From the NCBI GenBank assembly GCA_044892525.1, contig CM097885.1:46750001-46810000 (forward strand): a stretch of 60,000 nucleotides of DNA. Reading direction: 5' to 3'. Position 1 is the first letter of the stretch. Every line of letters begins with the position of its first letter. A program made the position numbers and the translations under genes. The notes beneath the pieces are model-generated. The model searched no databases and was not told where the DNA came from. It was given only the letters and a program-made list of their open reading frames with translations. Below, one piece after another: positions 39,301 through 50,322 of this stretch. The DNA is from Schmidtea polychroa (Eukaryota).

Positions 39301-42300
39301 TATTTTATTGGCCGAAAATGCAAGAAACAATCCAACTCTGTTTACGATGTTGCGAGATCTGCGCTAAGAGAAAGATCGATCAGACAAGAACCAAGGAAAC
39401 ATTTATTCCTAGATATAGCTCTGAATTCCTAGAACAGATTGTTATAGATGTGCCTTACATGGAAATAAACGCCATGAAAAAATATATGGTAGTAATGGTG
39501 GACCGTTTTAGCAAACTGATTTCTTTAACTGCAATAACAAAGCAAGACGAAGGGACCATTTTCAAAACAATACTTAATAGTTGGATCTATCGATTTGGAA
39601 AACCGAAGAGCATTTTAACAGATAGAGGCCGAAATTTCGAAGGGAATTTCCTAAGACAGAAGCTACAGAAACTTGGAATCAAACAGGAATTCAGCTCACC
39701 TTATCAGCACCAATCAAATGGTTTAGCCGAAAGAGCCATACGAACGATAAGAGATCTTATTACAGCAACATTGGCAGGCGGATGTGAAGAGAGAAACTGG
39801 CACGAACTTCTACCTAGAATAGAGTTCACTATAAATAGCAGTCGACAAAGTGCTACAGGTTTATCACCATTTGAGATAATCTATGGACGGAGTGTTAACC
39901 TACACTCTAACCTGAAACAAGCCGAGATATCAAGAAGCGAAAGAATCGAAGACGCGAGATTTAATTCGAGTAAAGCCGCAGACACTATGAGAGCTATGGA
40001 TAAGACAAAGAGGGGCACTCGTGTTTTCGAGGTGGGGGAGGAGGTACTCGTACGTAAAGAGCCGCAGAACAGGCACAAGGATGGTATGCAATACGATGGC
40101 CCATATAAAATCGTCAGATTTCTATCACCTCATCGAGTCGAACTACATTCACAAGAAGGAACGAAAGAAAGAAGAATCGAGTGGCTGAAGAAGTGGAAAA
40201 ATTCTTAAGAAGGGGAGAGTTAGATATCTGTTTGTTTAAATAATTTGGATTTGGCAGATTTTGTAAATTAATTAAAACTTGTTATTTAGAAATTCTTTGA
40301 TTAAATATATATTATTAGTTTGAAGATTTTTGTTGCAAATTTAAAGATGGATTTAACTGAAATATTTGGACCTTAATTAATTTATTTAGACCATAATTTA
40401 CTTTAATTAAAAAATGTGAACCTTAATTTACTTTAATTGAAAAATTTGAACCTTAATTTACTTTAATTTAAAATTATAGACCATAGTTTACTGTAATTCA
40501 AAAATCTGAGCTCATAATTTACTATATTTCAATTTTTAGACCCATAATTTACCTATTTATCCTTAATTTACCATACTTTTTACCATAACTTTGGCTAAAG
40601 GATATTATGGAATGGCTGAGAATAGAAGATCAAAGTCTAGTAGACGCATTGGATCTTTTGTTGACAGATGCGGCATCGATGTTATGGGAAGCGGCGAAAA
40701 TAGCGAAGATGACCGATGAAATGGCAAAAGAGTGGTTTATAGAAACTTTTACAGTAAGGAAAACCATTACTAACAAGATTGTGGAACTAGCTCAAATTCA
40801 GCAAGAGAGAGATGAAAGATTCCAAGTCTTCGAAATACGAGTAAGAAGTTTAGTTAAAAGTGTATTTAGCTCTGGAATGTCTGATGAACAGATTGTTCGA
40901 GACATTATTTCAAACAGAGCGAAAGACGATAGAGTAAAAGAAATATTCTTATCAAGGAAAGTGACAAGTTTTGAAGATGCCAGGGATATGGCAAAAATTC
41001 AGGAGAAGATCGAGATGACGAATGACAATAAATTCAATATTGATGCCATAAGAAGAGACTCTTACGCATCAGTGATGAAAAATGGCAAATTCGAGGGTAG
41101 ACGAGACCAAAGAACAATTGTGAAGACAACTGCACATCAACGCGACGAACACCGAGAGATTAATCATGAGAGGAATAGACCTGGTAATGGTCGGTTTGTA
41201 CCAATTGTAAATGAAGACAAGAATGAAAATGAGCGGTATAGAGGTCGATACGAGACAGGAGAACCAGAGAGAAGAATACCTACAGTACCGCTTAAAGATA
41301 TTGCAAGAAGGTTATTTAATGACAGCAAAGGAAGAGATTCGCCTCATCCAGTGAAACTGACACCAGGTCAGTGTTTTTGTTGTGGAGAAAAAGGGCACCG
41401 GCGTTTTGAATGTCCTATGAAAGACAAATGTCTAATCTGTGGAAAAGAAGGTCATGGATTCAGAGATTGTTTTTTGCTTAAAAATAGAAATGGATATCAG
41501 AATAGAGTGGCATGTATTTACGAAGAAGATCACGAAAGAAATAATGGTGATTTCACAGAAGATTTATACAGTAATTACGAAGAAACGATAAAAAAATCAA
41601 TGGATAAACCAAAAAAGAAGGACGATCCCATTGCTTTCATTTCGTCAGTGGGGTCGACACAATAATCAGTAGAAAGAAGCGAAATGAAGACATGATGCAG
41701 AAGATGTATGAGACGACAGACAGAAGAAAGTGGAGTAAGATTGTAATAAACATGACGGCGATTGACATGCTTTGGGACTCTGGAGCGTCAGTATCAGTTA
41801 TGAGTGAAAAAAGTTGGACAAAGATTGGGAAACCGAGGTTGAAGCAGAGCACAATTTCTCTTTGTGGAGTATTTTCGACGGGAATGGAAAGACCGTTAGG
41901 AGCAATGACGATAGAAGCTGATTGGAATGGGAAAAAAAGAATTATTAATGTTATAGTTGTCAAAGATATGCGTCCAGATTTCATTGAGTGTGTAGATACA
42001 ATGGAGAGATTTGGTATTCGACTGGTAGAGGTAGACAATATTGAAGCGTCACAAGTAGGGAGGACATATGTGGACTCACAACGAGAAGAGAAAGCATTAT
42101 TAATGCTTGGAGACAGGAAGAATGAACAGTTAGACATATTGCTACGGAAGTTCAAAGGTATTTTTATGGCTTCAACTTTTGATCTCGGGTTTACGAAAGT
42201 TGTTCAACATGAAATGAATATAGTAGGTGGGCCTGTAATGTTACAGCCAAGAAGACAACCAATGCATTTAGAACAAAAGCTTGACGAACTTGTCACAAAC

Positions 42301-45300
42301 TTATTAGAAGCGAGAGTTATTAGAAAATGCAAAAGTGCATGGAACGCGCCACTAGTGATTGTGGCTAAGAAAGATGGATCAATAAGGATGTGTGTCGACT
42401 ATAGAGGGTTGAATGCGATCACTGAAAGATATCTTTTCCAATGCCAGATACACGATTTCTACTGGATTGTCTGGCAGATTCAAAATATTTCACATCCACC
42501 GATCTAGGTCAAGCATATTATCAAGTTGGAATGGCGAAGGAAATTCAAGAGGTCACGGCTTTCAGTACAAGGCAGGGACAGTTTTGTTTTAACCGACTTC
42601 CTTTTGGACTAGCAACCGCCCCTGCGACGTTTCAAAGAATGATGCACTCAATGTTGGATATAATATTATTTAAGGGTGTTGTTGTCTACCTCGACGACAT
42701 TCTTGTCTATGGAAAAGACAAAGAGGAACACAATAACCGATTAGAGGAAGTATTCAGAAGAATTCAACTAGCGGGGTTGAGAATTAACCCAGAAAAATGT
42801 AATCTGTATAAAGAAGAATTGACATTCCCAGGGCACACTGTAAGTGCAAGTGGGATAAAAACGAACGACAAGAAGATTAAAGAGATTCAAGATGCAGAAA
42901 TACCAGTATGCGCCAAACAATTAAGATCCTTTTTAGGTATGACCAATTACTATAGGAAGTTTATAAAAAACTATGCGAAAATTGCGGAAAATTCTACATG
43001 CATCTATGTCCGGCTGTGAGAAAAAGATTAATTGGTCAGAAGATTGCAACAATAGTTTTGAATTACTTAAAACAAAGTTGTGTGAAGCTCCAATTCTAGA
43101 TTACCCAAGAATGGATAGAAACTTTATTCTGGATACAGACGCTAGTTTTGGGGCCATCGGAGCAGTTTTATGTCAAGCTAAAGAAGATGGTACTGAAGTG
43201 GTAATTGCATATGGGTCGAGACACTTGACCGCGCATGAAAAAGGTTATTGTGTGACTAGGAAGGAGTTACTTGCTATACACGAATATGTAATGTATTTTA
43301 AACAATATCTATATGGAAAGTTATTTGTAGTACGAATGGATCACAAGGCGTTGGTTTTCATGAGATACACAAAAAACCGATAAGCCCGCAATTTCATACC
43401 TGGCTAGCCAACCTTTCCGGATATGATTTCGATCTTCAATATAGGAAAGGAGAGGAACATGGAAATGCGGACGGAATATCAAGGATTAAAGGGATGTTAT
43501 GTGCACAATGCCAGACTAGACATGAAGACGCAAAAGAAGAAAAAGCCAGAGTAAGACATATCAGCTCATTACAGAAGACTGAGTCGATGACAAAACTCTT
43601 AGAAAAGCAACAAGATGATGTAGATTTCATTCACATGACAAGAGTGTTACAGGGAGAAGAGGAAAAAAATGACTTGAATAAAAAGAAATTTCCTTTCAAT
43701 TTGCATAACAACATAAAATTAGAAGATCTGTTTTTATTATTAGAGAAGAATGGTAAAGATGTCATCCTGGTGCCGATAGACTACTCAAATACGTTAGTTA
43801 AAGGAATACATACTGAAATGTGTCATATTGGAGTAAAGAAATTAATTAGCTATATGAGCAACATATTCTTTTGGCCAAACATGCAAGAAACTATACAAAA
43901 CTGTTTGAGAGTATGTGAGATATGCTGCAGAAGGAAAATAGTGCAGGAGAAGACAAAGGAACGATTGTTGCCGATAATAAGTTCAGAATTTTTAGAGCAG
44001 TTGGTCATTGATATAGCACACATGAAGAATGGTGGAGTGTACAAGTATATGCTAGTTATCATTGATCGTTTTAGCAAAATGGTCAGTCTGACCGCACTGG
44101 AGAGACAAGACGAGAGATCGATTTTCAAAGCCATATTGGAGGAGTGGATATACCGTTTCGGAAAACCGCGAAATTGTCTGTCAGACAGAGGGAAGAACTT
44201 CGATAGTGGTTTTATGAAAACAAATCTAGGAAGACTGGGTATTACGCAACAGTTCAGTTCACCATATCAGCACCAATCTAACGGTTTAGTTGAGAGAACA
44301 ATACGGACAGTTAGAGACTTGCTGGCAACATCATTAGCAGGTGGACTAGGAGAGCAAAATTGGGCGGAGTTACTTCCTCGAGTAGAATTTTGTATCAACG
44401 TGACACAACAGAGCGCGACGGGATTTTCTCCATTTGAAATTGTTTTTGGGAGGAAGATTAACCTTCATTCAACATTGCCTCGGACGACATTGGATACAGT
44501 TGAGATACATAGATTGGTAAGAGAGAACAGTGAGAAAGCAGCTAAACGAATGAAAGAGATGGAAACAGAGAAGAGAACGAATCGATGTTTCACGGTGGGG
44601 GAGAAAGTATTAGTTCGGAAAGAACCACAAAATCGCGACAAAGATGGACTACAGTATGAAGGTCCTTTTGTCATATCAAAGTTTTTGTCAGAACACCAGG
44701 TGGAATTGAGTGACGGGACGACAAAGAAACTCAGACGAATTGAATGGCTTAAGAGATGGGCAGTCCCTTAAAGAAGGGGAGAGTTATGGAAATTTGTTTG
44801 TTTTAATAATATTGTTTTTAGCGTGTTTTTGGATAATATATATTTTAACTGTATTTATTATTGATTTATTGATTTTATGAATTTAGAAGTTGAAGACGTC
44901 TTAACTATTAAAGTAAATAATATAAAACATTTCTTAGTCCAAACAAACAAATTATCGAAGAAATTTTTTTATTATAAATTTATTTGAATTTGAAATTACG
45001 GTTATAAAAACTTATTATTAGAAGAATTGTCTGTAAAAAATATGGTATTTTTGCGTGTTCTGAAATTTTCTTGTGGCACACAGTTTGACAGCCTCGAAAT
45101 TTTGCATTATTATCAATGACTTATTAGTTAAATTTGAATACACCCCCTCCTTAATGTCAAGTTATGATTATTGATTTTAAAAAGCAAAAATGTTGAAAAT
45201 TTTAATTTTTAGAGAAAAACGACTAGAAAAAAAATCTTTAACATTTTTGAATTTTTCCTTTTTTCAAATAATGAAGAATTACAAGACCTACGACTTTACT

Positions 45301-45507
45301 GACCACAACTTTTTCGATATTTCATTTGAAAATAGTCAAAATTACAAAAAATGAAAATCGTTTTCATTATTTATTTACAGAATTATTTGTCCGTGTTTTA
45401 TATTGAATAGTAATTTAATTTATATATTTTTTAAGTTCATAAAGCGGAATAAACCGAAACAGTTGACGATGAAAGAAGCTTTAAAATTAGTGGAAAATGA
45501 AGATTAA
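21345..45507 (+). CDS. C19orf44: C19orf44-like (DUF4614) protein, 8 coding exons, 550 aa
   Basis: Exons 21345-21377, 21428-22030, 24024-24189, 24240-24575, 27956-28085, 34086-34234, 34280-34443 and 45436-45507. GT-AG introns with consistent phases (1653 nt). Ser/Lys-rich low-complexity N-terminus. The C-terminus PIAHYVVSPEALECLSAYSPSMLLMTNMFRQQIELTKNFIE...YSNLKETKE|FIKRNKPKQLTMKEAL resembles the conserved C19orf44 C-terminus as I recall it. Confidence 0.82.
22108..23700 (-). mobile_element. decayed hAT (Ac/hobo-like) element in intron 2 of the C19orf44-like gene
   Basis: Fragments ITSDNGKNM, LDCPTRWNSTYNM, AAVYLDSRF and AVPVTQVSVERAFS. AACCCGAACC / GGGTTCGGGTTC subterminal motifs near 23650-23693. 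Ends are approximate. Confidence 0.85.
24733..25089 (-). mobile_element. non-autonomous Helitron
   Basis: Minus strand begins A|TCTAATATATAAAG and ends with GC-rich CGTGCGATGCCGGGTACCCCAA followed by CTAG|T. This gives TC...CTAG termini inserted between A and T. Confidence 0.78.
25230..26302 (-). mobile_element. pogo/Tigger-like deletion derivative
   Basis: TIRs CAGTCGTGCCCGCTTAAGTTAGATT and AATCCGACTAAAGCGGGCTTGACTG(TA). Internal ORF 25500-25682 ends KRQRSITEFF, typical of Tigger C-termini. Confidence 0.8.
26908..27797 (+). mobile_element. internally deleted hAT element (BED finger joined to hATC remnant)
   Basis: Ends TAGAGGTGGCAATCCC and GGGATTGCAATCCA. Remnants VWKFYDRSETEASAKCKRCPQIIKTTG*STKGLYTHLKSIH (BED zinc finger) and SE*AFSAAGILCTKFRSRLNDDTVDSLCFLR. 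Confidence 0.8.
28270..29340 (+). mobile_element. Penelope-like retroelement fragment: inverted pLTR followed by truncated reverse transcriptase
   Basis: Frameshifted RT pieces ILPSDKTNRLVAL, LPKDHKDPLKGRPLVSAVDTPS and SLDVSNLYRSIP are PLE-type RT motifs. The antisense pLTR at 28270-28460 contains a hammerhead motif. Confidence 0.88.
28323..28355 (-). ncRNA. minimal type I hammerhead ribozyme (U3-A8 variant), second copy
   Basis: Reverse complement reads TCAC TTGAAAAA GGC AGT GTC GAAA AT TC GTGA. Stem II is kept through a G-U wobble. Confidence 0.68.
32163..33603 (-). mobile_element. Merlin/IS1595-type DDE transposon, decayed
   Basis: ORF 32509-33009 carries VEIDES, KRKYNR, GGIERG and TIITDKWRAY (Merlin/ISXO2 DDE motifs). 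Inverted ends TACACCAAACACCACTGAGATACTTTTCCTATA and TATAGAAAATGTATCTCAGTTGTGTTTGGTGTA. Extra left-end copies at about 30848 and 31445-31518. Confidence 0.88.
34618..34802. mobile_element. piggyBac-type MITE
   Basis: Perfect 14-bp TIRs CCGTTTGCGGACGG / CCGTCCGCAAACGG, flanked by TTAA on both sides. Confidence 0.92.
35767..37101 (+). pseudogene. gag: gag (two CCHC zinc knuckles), one in-frame stop at 36520-36522
   Basis: ORFs 35767-36522 and 36634-37101 are in the same frame. CFCCGERGHRRYEC and CLICGKEGHGFRDC. Confidence 0.88.
37149..40208 (+). pseudogene. pol: pol (PR-RT-RNaseH-IN), one in-frame TGA at 38478-38480
   Basis: WDSGAS protease, RT IDLGQAYYQ...YLDD, RNase H DTDAS/KELLA/TDHKAL, integrase HHCC plus TDRG and SNGLAER. 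Both ORFs are in the same frame, which is -1 relative to gag. Confidence 0.93.
40364..40590. repeat. ~30-bp AT-rich minisatellite
   Basis: Units like AAATTTGAACCTTAATTTACTTTAATTGAA. One unit lies left of element A (35630-35664), so the LTR element inserted into the array. Confidence 0.8.
40607..44906 (+). mobile_element. 5'-truncated Ty3/gypsy element (element B), related to A
   Basis: gag 40607-41665 with two CCHC knuckles. pol 41692-44771 is split by frameshifts (WDSGAS, YLDD, DTDAS, integrase). PPT AAGAAGGGGAG is followed by a putative 3' LTR 44782-44906 (AGT...ACT). No 5' LTR seen. Confidence 0.92.
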
Positions 45508-46166
45508 AGAAATTATTTGTTGTTCAATAAATATATATTGTTTAGCAATATTTTTCTTCATTATTCTCATAAATACATTTTTAAAGGTGCCACAATTATT
45601 AATTTTTATAATAAATAAGAAAAAGGATATTTTGTTTATTTTAAACTTCAAAATAATGCCGAAATTACATATTATAGGATGGAATTATTTTACTCTCAAG
45701 AAATTTAAGAAAAAACATTGAAAAATGATGATTTATTATTAGTTTTTGGCGTGTATTTGAAATAAATTTTGTTCCTTTTTATTAGTCTTATATTCAATAA
45801 CGGATAACGCGGTACTCTATTTTTTGGTTTTAATTTTTTCATTAGTTGGTTAAAATTATTTGAAATATTATTTGTGAATATTTAAATTTTTTCAATTTCT
45901 AAGACGGAACAGATTAACTTTGTTATTCGAGGATTGCCTGTATTTAGAATATCATTGATTAGCTATGCCCAACCTCTTACATTATGCTATATCAACTTTT
46001 TGAGTGATTTACACAAGGATTTGATCAGGTTTCATTCGGGCTCAACGATTTATGTATTATAGTAATATTTATGTCAACAATTGGTAATAATATAAAACTC
46101 AGCGAGTTTATCCCTAGTTAATATTAAAAGTATTTTTCAATTATTGCAATTAAATAAAACAAATTA

Positions 46167-46383
46167 CCGTATATACTCGCGTATAAGTCGAGTAGATTTT
46201 AAGAGGTTTTTAAGTCCTAAATTGGAAACCCGCGTATAAGTCAAAGTAACAAAAATAAAAAAAGGTTTAATGATTTCACTAAAAATTAATTTGTATGTTT
46301 TTTGACCCGCGTATAAGTCGAAGTGGCTATTTTGACTTGAAAATTTGACGTAAATTTCTCGAATTATACGCGAGTATATACGG
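46167..46383. mobile_element. Tc2/pogo-like MITE
   Basis: TIRs CCGTATATACTCGCGTATAAGTCGA / TCGAATTATACGCGAGTATATACGG with TA on both sides. Internal repeats of CCCGCGTATAAGTC. Confidence 0.9.
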
Positions 46384-47155
46384 TAATGGAAACAAATTAT
46401 TTATTATTTAGAATCAATAATTACGCATTATTATGAGAGTAGTATAAAAATAGTGATATATTCAGAACAGCTGATTCTATCGAGAAAAATAAAATAAATC
46501 TAACACTACATGAATTCATTCATAAACGAAGCGTTTCAAATTTAACCAGACCTGTGTCTTTAAAATTTGGTATTTTAATACTAATTTTATTCAATTAATG
46601 ACTATTTTCATTCCTCCCCAATACTGTTAATTAATATATTAAGTTTAATTTGACTTTATTCCAAAAATTCTTACAAAAGGACTCGGTTAGTTTGGATTGA
46701 ATGTGTAAATTACCAAAACTCGCTTCGTTGCCACCATGTTTTCCCAAGAAGAAAGTTCAAAGAGGTTGGACGAGGAGAACAACGTCGCAAAGAGTCTTGT
46801 ATCTTGTGACAGAAAATTCTCATCCATGAACCTGTTGAGGTCAGTAAATTAAAATAAATGTTAATAAAATGTAGGTTGAATGAAAAGACAAATTAAAGCG
46901 TGATCATGCACAGAATTGATAGTAAAGGAAAGTATGATTGAAACAGTATTAGGAAATGGCAAAAGCAGTTGCGAAAGGCAAGAATCTGGAAATCCGAAAA
47001 AATCAATAAATTGTAAAGTTATCGAAATTGAATTGGGAAAACGGGACAGGTATAGATTAGCTAATGGTCAACAAGATGATGATTAGGGAGTTATCAGAAA
47101 ATAGTTAGAAAGGGTCGAAAAGCATTTCAATGTGTTAAAACAGAAAATCGTTAAT

Positions 47156-47468
47156 TAATTAATTAATTAGCTAATAGAAAACCCGAGCTAACAGGAAACC
47201 CGAGCCAATGGAGAACCCAATAGATGAAGGAAACCCGAGCTCGATTAACACGAAAGTAAACAAAATGATAATCTCGGAAGGCCATTATCACGACAGCGTG
47301 ATAATTATAGAGTCTATAATTATCACGCTGTCATGATAATGGCCTTCCGAGATTATCATTTTGTTTACTTTCGTGTTAATCGAGCTCGGGTTCCCTTCAT
47401 CTATTGGGTTCTCCATTGGCTCGGGTTTCCTGTTAGCTCGGGTTTTCTATTAGCTAATTAATTAATTA
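47156..47468. repeat. 313-bp near-perfect palindrome
   Basis: 156-bp arms around a single G at 47312. Only two mismatched pairs (47231/47393 and 47291/47333). Confidence 0.97.
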
Positions 47469-48884
47469 TAATATAGACAAACAAAGTTTAGGACTATTAC
47501 GAAGGAGTAGCAAAGGGAGCCAATTAATCATGATATGGTTCAAAAAACGTTCAAGGAGCCGGTTGTCAAACCATTGTCAGATAGGAACAATCTGGTAAAA
47601 AACCGATTAATCAAAGTGGTTATTCTAGTATAAAAGCAAAGTCGAAATTCAAAATAATCGGCGTTTTGCCTCAGCTAGGGTTAGAAGAAAACGAGGATAG
47701 GCAAAAGGAAAAAACGAATTAAGGAGTTTAGAAAAAAGAAAATAAAGAATAGGAAATACGAAAAAGATGAAAAGAAATCAAATCAAATTCAAAAAGGAAA
47801 ACGTTGGTCAAGAGAAGCAAAGGAATAAAAAGGTGAATATTATCTTTTGTCAAAGCATCAACACCGAGTGGAGAATCGGTCAAACTTGAATTTTGGTTAT
47901 TGATTATTTATTGATGAGAGAAATATATTTTTGTGATTCAGATATACGTTGAGTAGTTTATCGTTTTGATTAAACGAACACGAGAAGTCAGAGGTTACTG
48001 ACTTGAATTATCAAAAACCCAAAAACCTATTTCTTATTAGTGATACTTAAATATATAAGTCGTGTTGCTTTTACTTTCTCCTCATATGGAATTTAAATTA
48101 ATTGTCTTAGTTAGGGGCTATTATGGATTTAGCTGGCCCCCAAACATTTTAGAGTACTGGTAATGGAATTCATTTTTTTTGCTGATGACCCGTTATTGTA
48201 TCATAAATATTCATGAAGCGGCGAAATTTGTCCATATTCATTCTGGAAACTCGAATTGTCTTCATTCATGTTTTTGTACCTGTTATTCTACGAAATACTT
48301 AGAAAAGGAAACTAAAAATAAAATAATTCATCCATTTTCAGATTTTTCCATCAATTAGTTTTTGGTGAATGCTGCCATTAAGAGGAATGTTTGTGCGTTC
48401 TGTCAATGCTACTTTCGATAATGGGCGACAGCCTTGATATTTCTGTCCAAGCCGAGTGGAGACAGCGAGAATTTTTCAATATAGTAAGTCGATACAAATA
48501 GCAATCAAGTGGAAATTTCCCAATATATTGGCTTGACCTGATAGGATCAATGTTAATTTTTTTGGTTTTAATTCTTCTTTACTGTGTTCTATGTGGAAAA
48601 ATAAAGTACACTTATAATGCCATAAATTAATTATAAATCAAATTTTATTTAAATACTTTTTTCAAATTATTGTAATATATTCGATAGTTTTGTATTTTGT
48701 TTAGTTGAATAATTTCGTACAAAGATTAATCAAAATTATTCAAATATCAATTTTAATATTTATGTTTATTTCTTTTTATATTTAGTAAGTACGCTATAAT
48801 TGCCTAAATTTTGATTTAAATTTTTATTATTAATAGATTTTTGATATTGGTGAGTAATATATACATTTCAATCTTATTTCTGAA

Positions 48885-49688
48885 ATGTCAGCTACAGTTC
48901 GCAAACGATGGAAATGCCTTGCTTCAAGTATACATTGTAAAAAACAGAATTTATTTTCCCAGCATCTGTTTCTCTATGATTATTTTTATTACAAACTTTC
49001 AAGTGATAAATTATGGATTTCTGTATATGAGAAATCTAGTGATTGCTATTTATTTGACATAACATTTATTGAACCTATTTCGTCATTAAAGGATTTAGTT
49101 GGATTTAATAATACTGGCAATACCAGAATATGGCCTAGCGAAGAAATGCTAGCTATTTATATACAGAAAAATAATTACTTAGTTAAAGATGTTAAAACAA
49201 TCTGTGAAATGGGTGGTGGCATGACTTGCTTCGCATCTCTATTTATAAACGTTAAGTATAATCCAGAATTTAATTTATTGACAGATGGAAATGAGCGAAG
49301 TGTAAAAAATTTGGAAAATATTCTTTTAAGAAATGACAAATTAAATAATTGTTCAGTTTTTCATTTGTTGTGGAATGAATTGAATAATGTCAATGTTGAA
49401 TGGATTAGGCATTTTGATTTGATTTTATGTTCAGATTGTTTCTTTTTCATTGAATTTCACGATGATCTTCTTAATTGTATTGATTTATTATTACGTGAAA
49501 ATGGAAAGTTTGTTGCTTGTGCCCCTAGTCGAAATAATACTTTTGATTTGTTTGTTAATAAAGCTAAACAAAAAAATTTTTCTATATTTGTAGATAACGA
49601 GTTTGAGAAAACATTGAATAAAAATGAATCCTATAATGAATCGTATGAACCTTCAAAAGTTTTAATTTTAACCAGAATTTGTGATTGA
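48885..49688 (+). CDS. CAMKMT: calmodulin-lysine N-methyltransferase (seven-beta-strand, METTL21/Methyltransf_16 family), single coding exon, 267 aa
   Basis: N-terminal RKRWKCL, GFNNTGNTRIWPSEE, motif I ICEMGGGMTC, LLTDGNERSV, FDLILCSDCFFF and APSR. Confidence 0.9.
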   Translation: MSATVRKRWKCLASSIHCKKQNLFSQHLFLYDYFYYKLSSDKLWISVYEKSSDCYLFDITFIEPISSLKDLVGFNNTGNTRIWPSEEMLAIYIQKNNYLVKDVKTICEMGGGMTCFASLFINVKYNPEFNLLTDGNERSVKNLENILLRNDKLNNCSVFHLLWNELNNVNVEWIRHFDLILCSDCFFFIEFHDDLLNCIDLLLRENGKFVACAPSRNNTFDLFVNKAKQKNFSIFVDNEFEKTLNKNESYNESYEPSKVLILTRICD

Positions 49689-49917
49689 ATAAATTATGCG
49701 GCATTTAAAATTTGTATTTACGATCAATTATTAATACAATTTTATAATTTCATTTATCGAATGTTTCTATCATGTTTAGTTCGGAAATATTCAGGTTTTC
49801 CTTGATATAGAAGATATCTGTATCAAATAGTGGGGATTAAGACTTAATTTAATTCTCACTTGCAAGTCGGGCTTTCGCCACATTCCACCAATTCCTAGTT
49901 TAGTGATTACAAATTCT

Positions 49918-50322
49918 TATCAATATCTTTTTCTTAATTTCACAAGAAATCCTTAAGTCAACAAAATTGTTACGAAGCTTGACTCATGTTTTTCGGAGGG
50001 CGACTATTTAAAAATCAAATAGTATTACGATTCTGTAAGATGACACGAAATTTTATTTTCATTCACATTTCATACGAGAAATGTTGAAAGGCATATTGAT
50101 TATCTCTTTCGTATGGAAAATGTGGGTGAGCATATTCATCATTTATTTCATCAACGTTGACATTACCCATTTTATAATGCCAATAAATTGAATCAATATA
50201 TTTTCTTAATTTCACAAGAAATACTTGCGTCGCAAAAATTGCTGCGAAGCTTGACCATGTTTTTCGGAGAATGACTATTTTCAAAATCAAATAATATTAA
50301 AGTTCTGTAAGACGACACGAAA
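49918..50322. repeat. diverged ~130-bp direct repeat pair
   Basis: ATCAATAT..TTTTCTTAATTTCACAAGAAAT...CTGTAAGAxGACACGAAA at about 49918-50050 and 50192-50322. Confidence 0.8.

Larger units (their letters stand above)
35665..40358 (+). mobile_element. full-length Ty3/gypsy LTR retrotransposon (element A)
   Basis: LTRs 35665-35817 and 40218-40358 with AGT...ACT termini. TSD GAAAT on both sides, PBS TGGCGACCACG, PPT AAGAAGGGGAG. The LTRs differ by one substitution and a 12-bp duplication. Confidence 0.96.

Noticed and set aside
40364..40590. regularly spaced ~30-bp repeats as a CRISPR array
   Set aside because: Units are contiguous and degenerate with no unique spacers, there are no cas genes, and the context is eukaryotic.
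35835..44674. antisense ORFs within the gypsy elements
   Set aside because: Shadow frames of gag/pol with no independent motifs.
45900..48560. short open frames at about 45900-46060, 46440-46600 and 48340-48560
   Set aside because: No recognisable domains, and no consistent splice model could be built.
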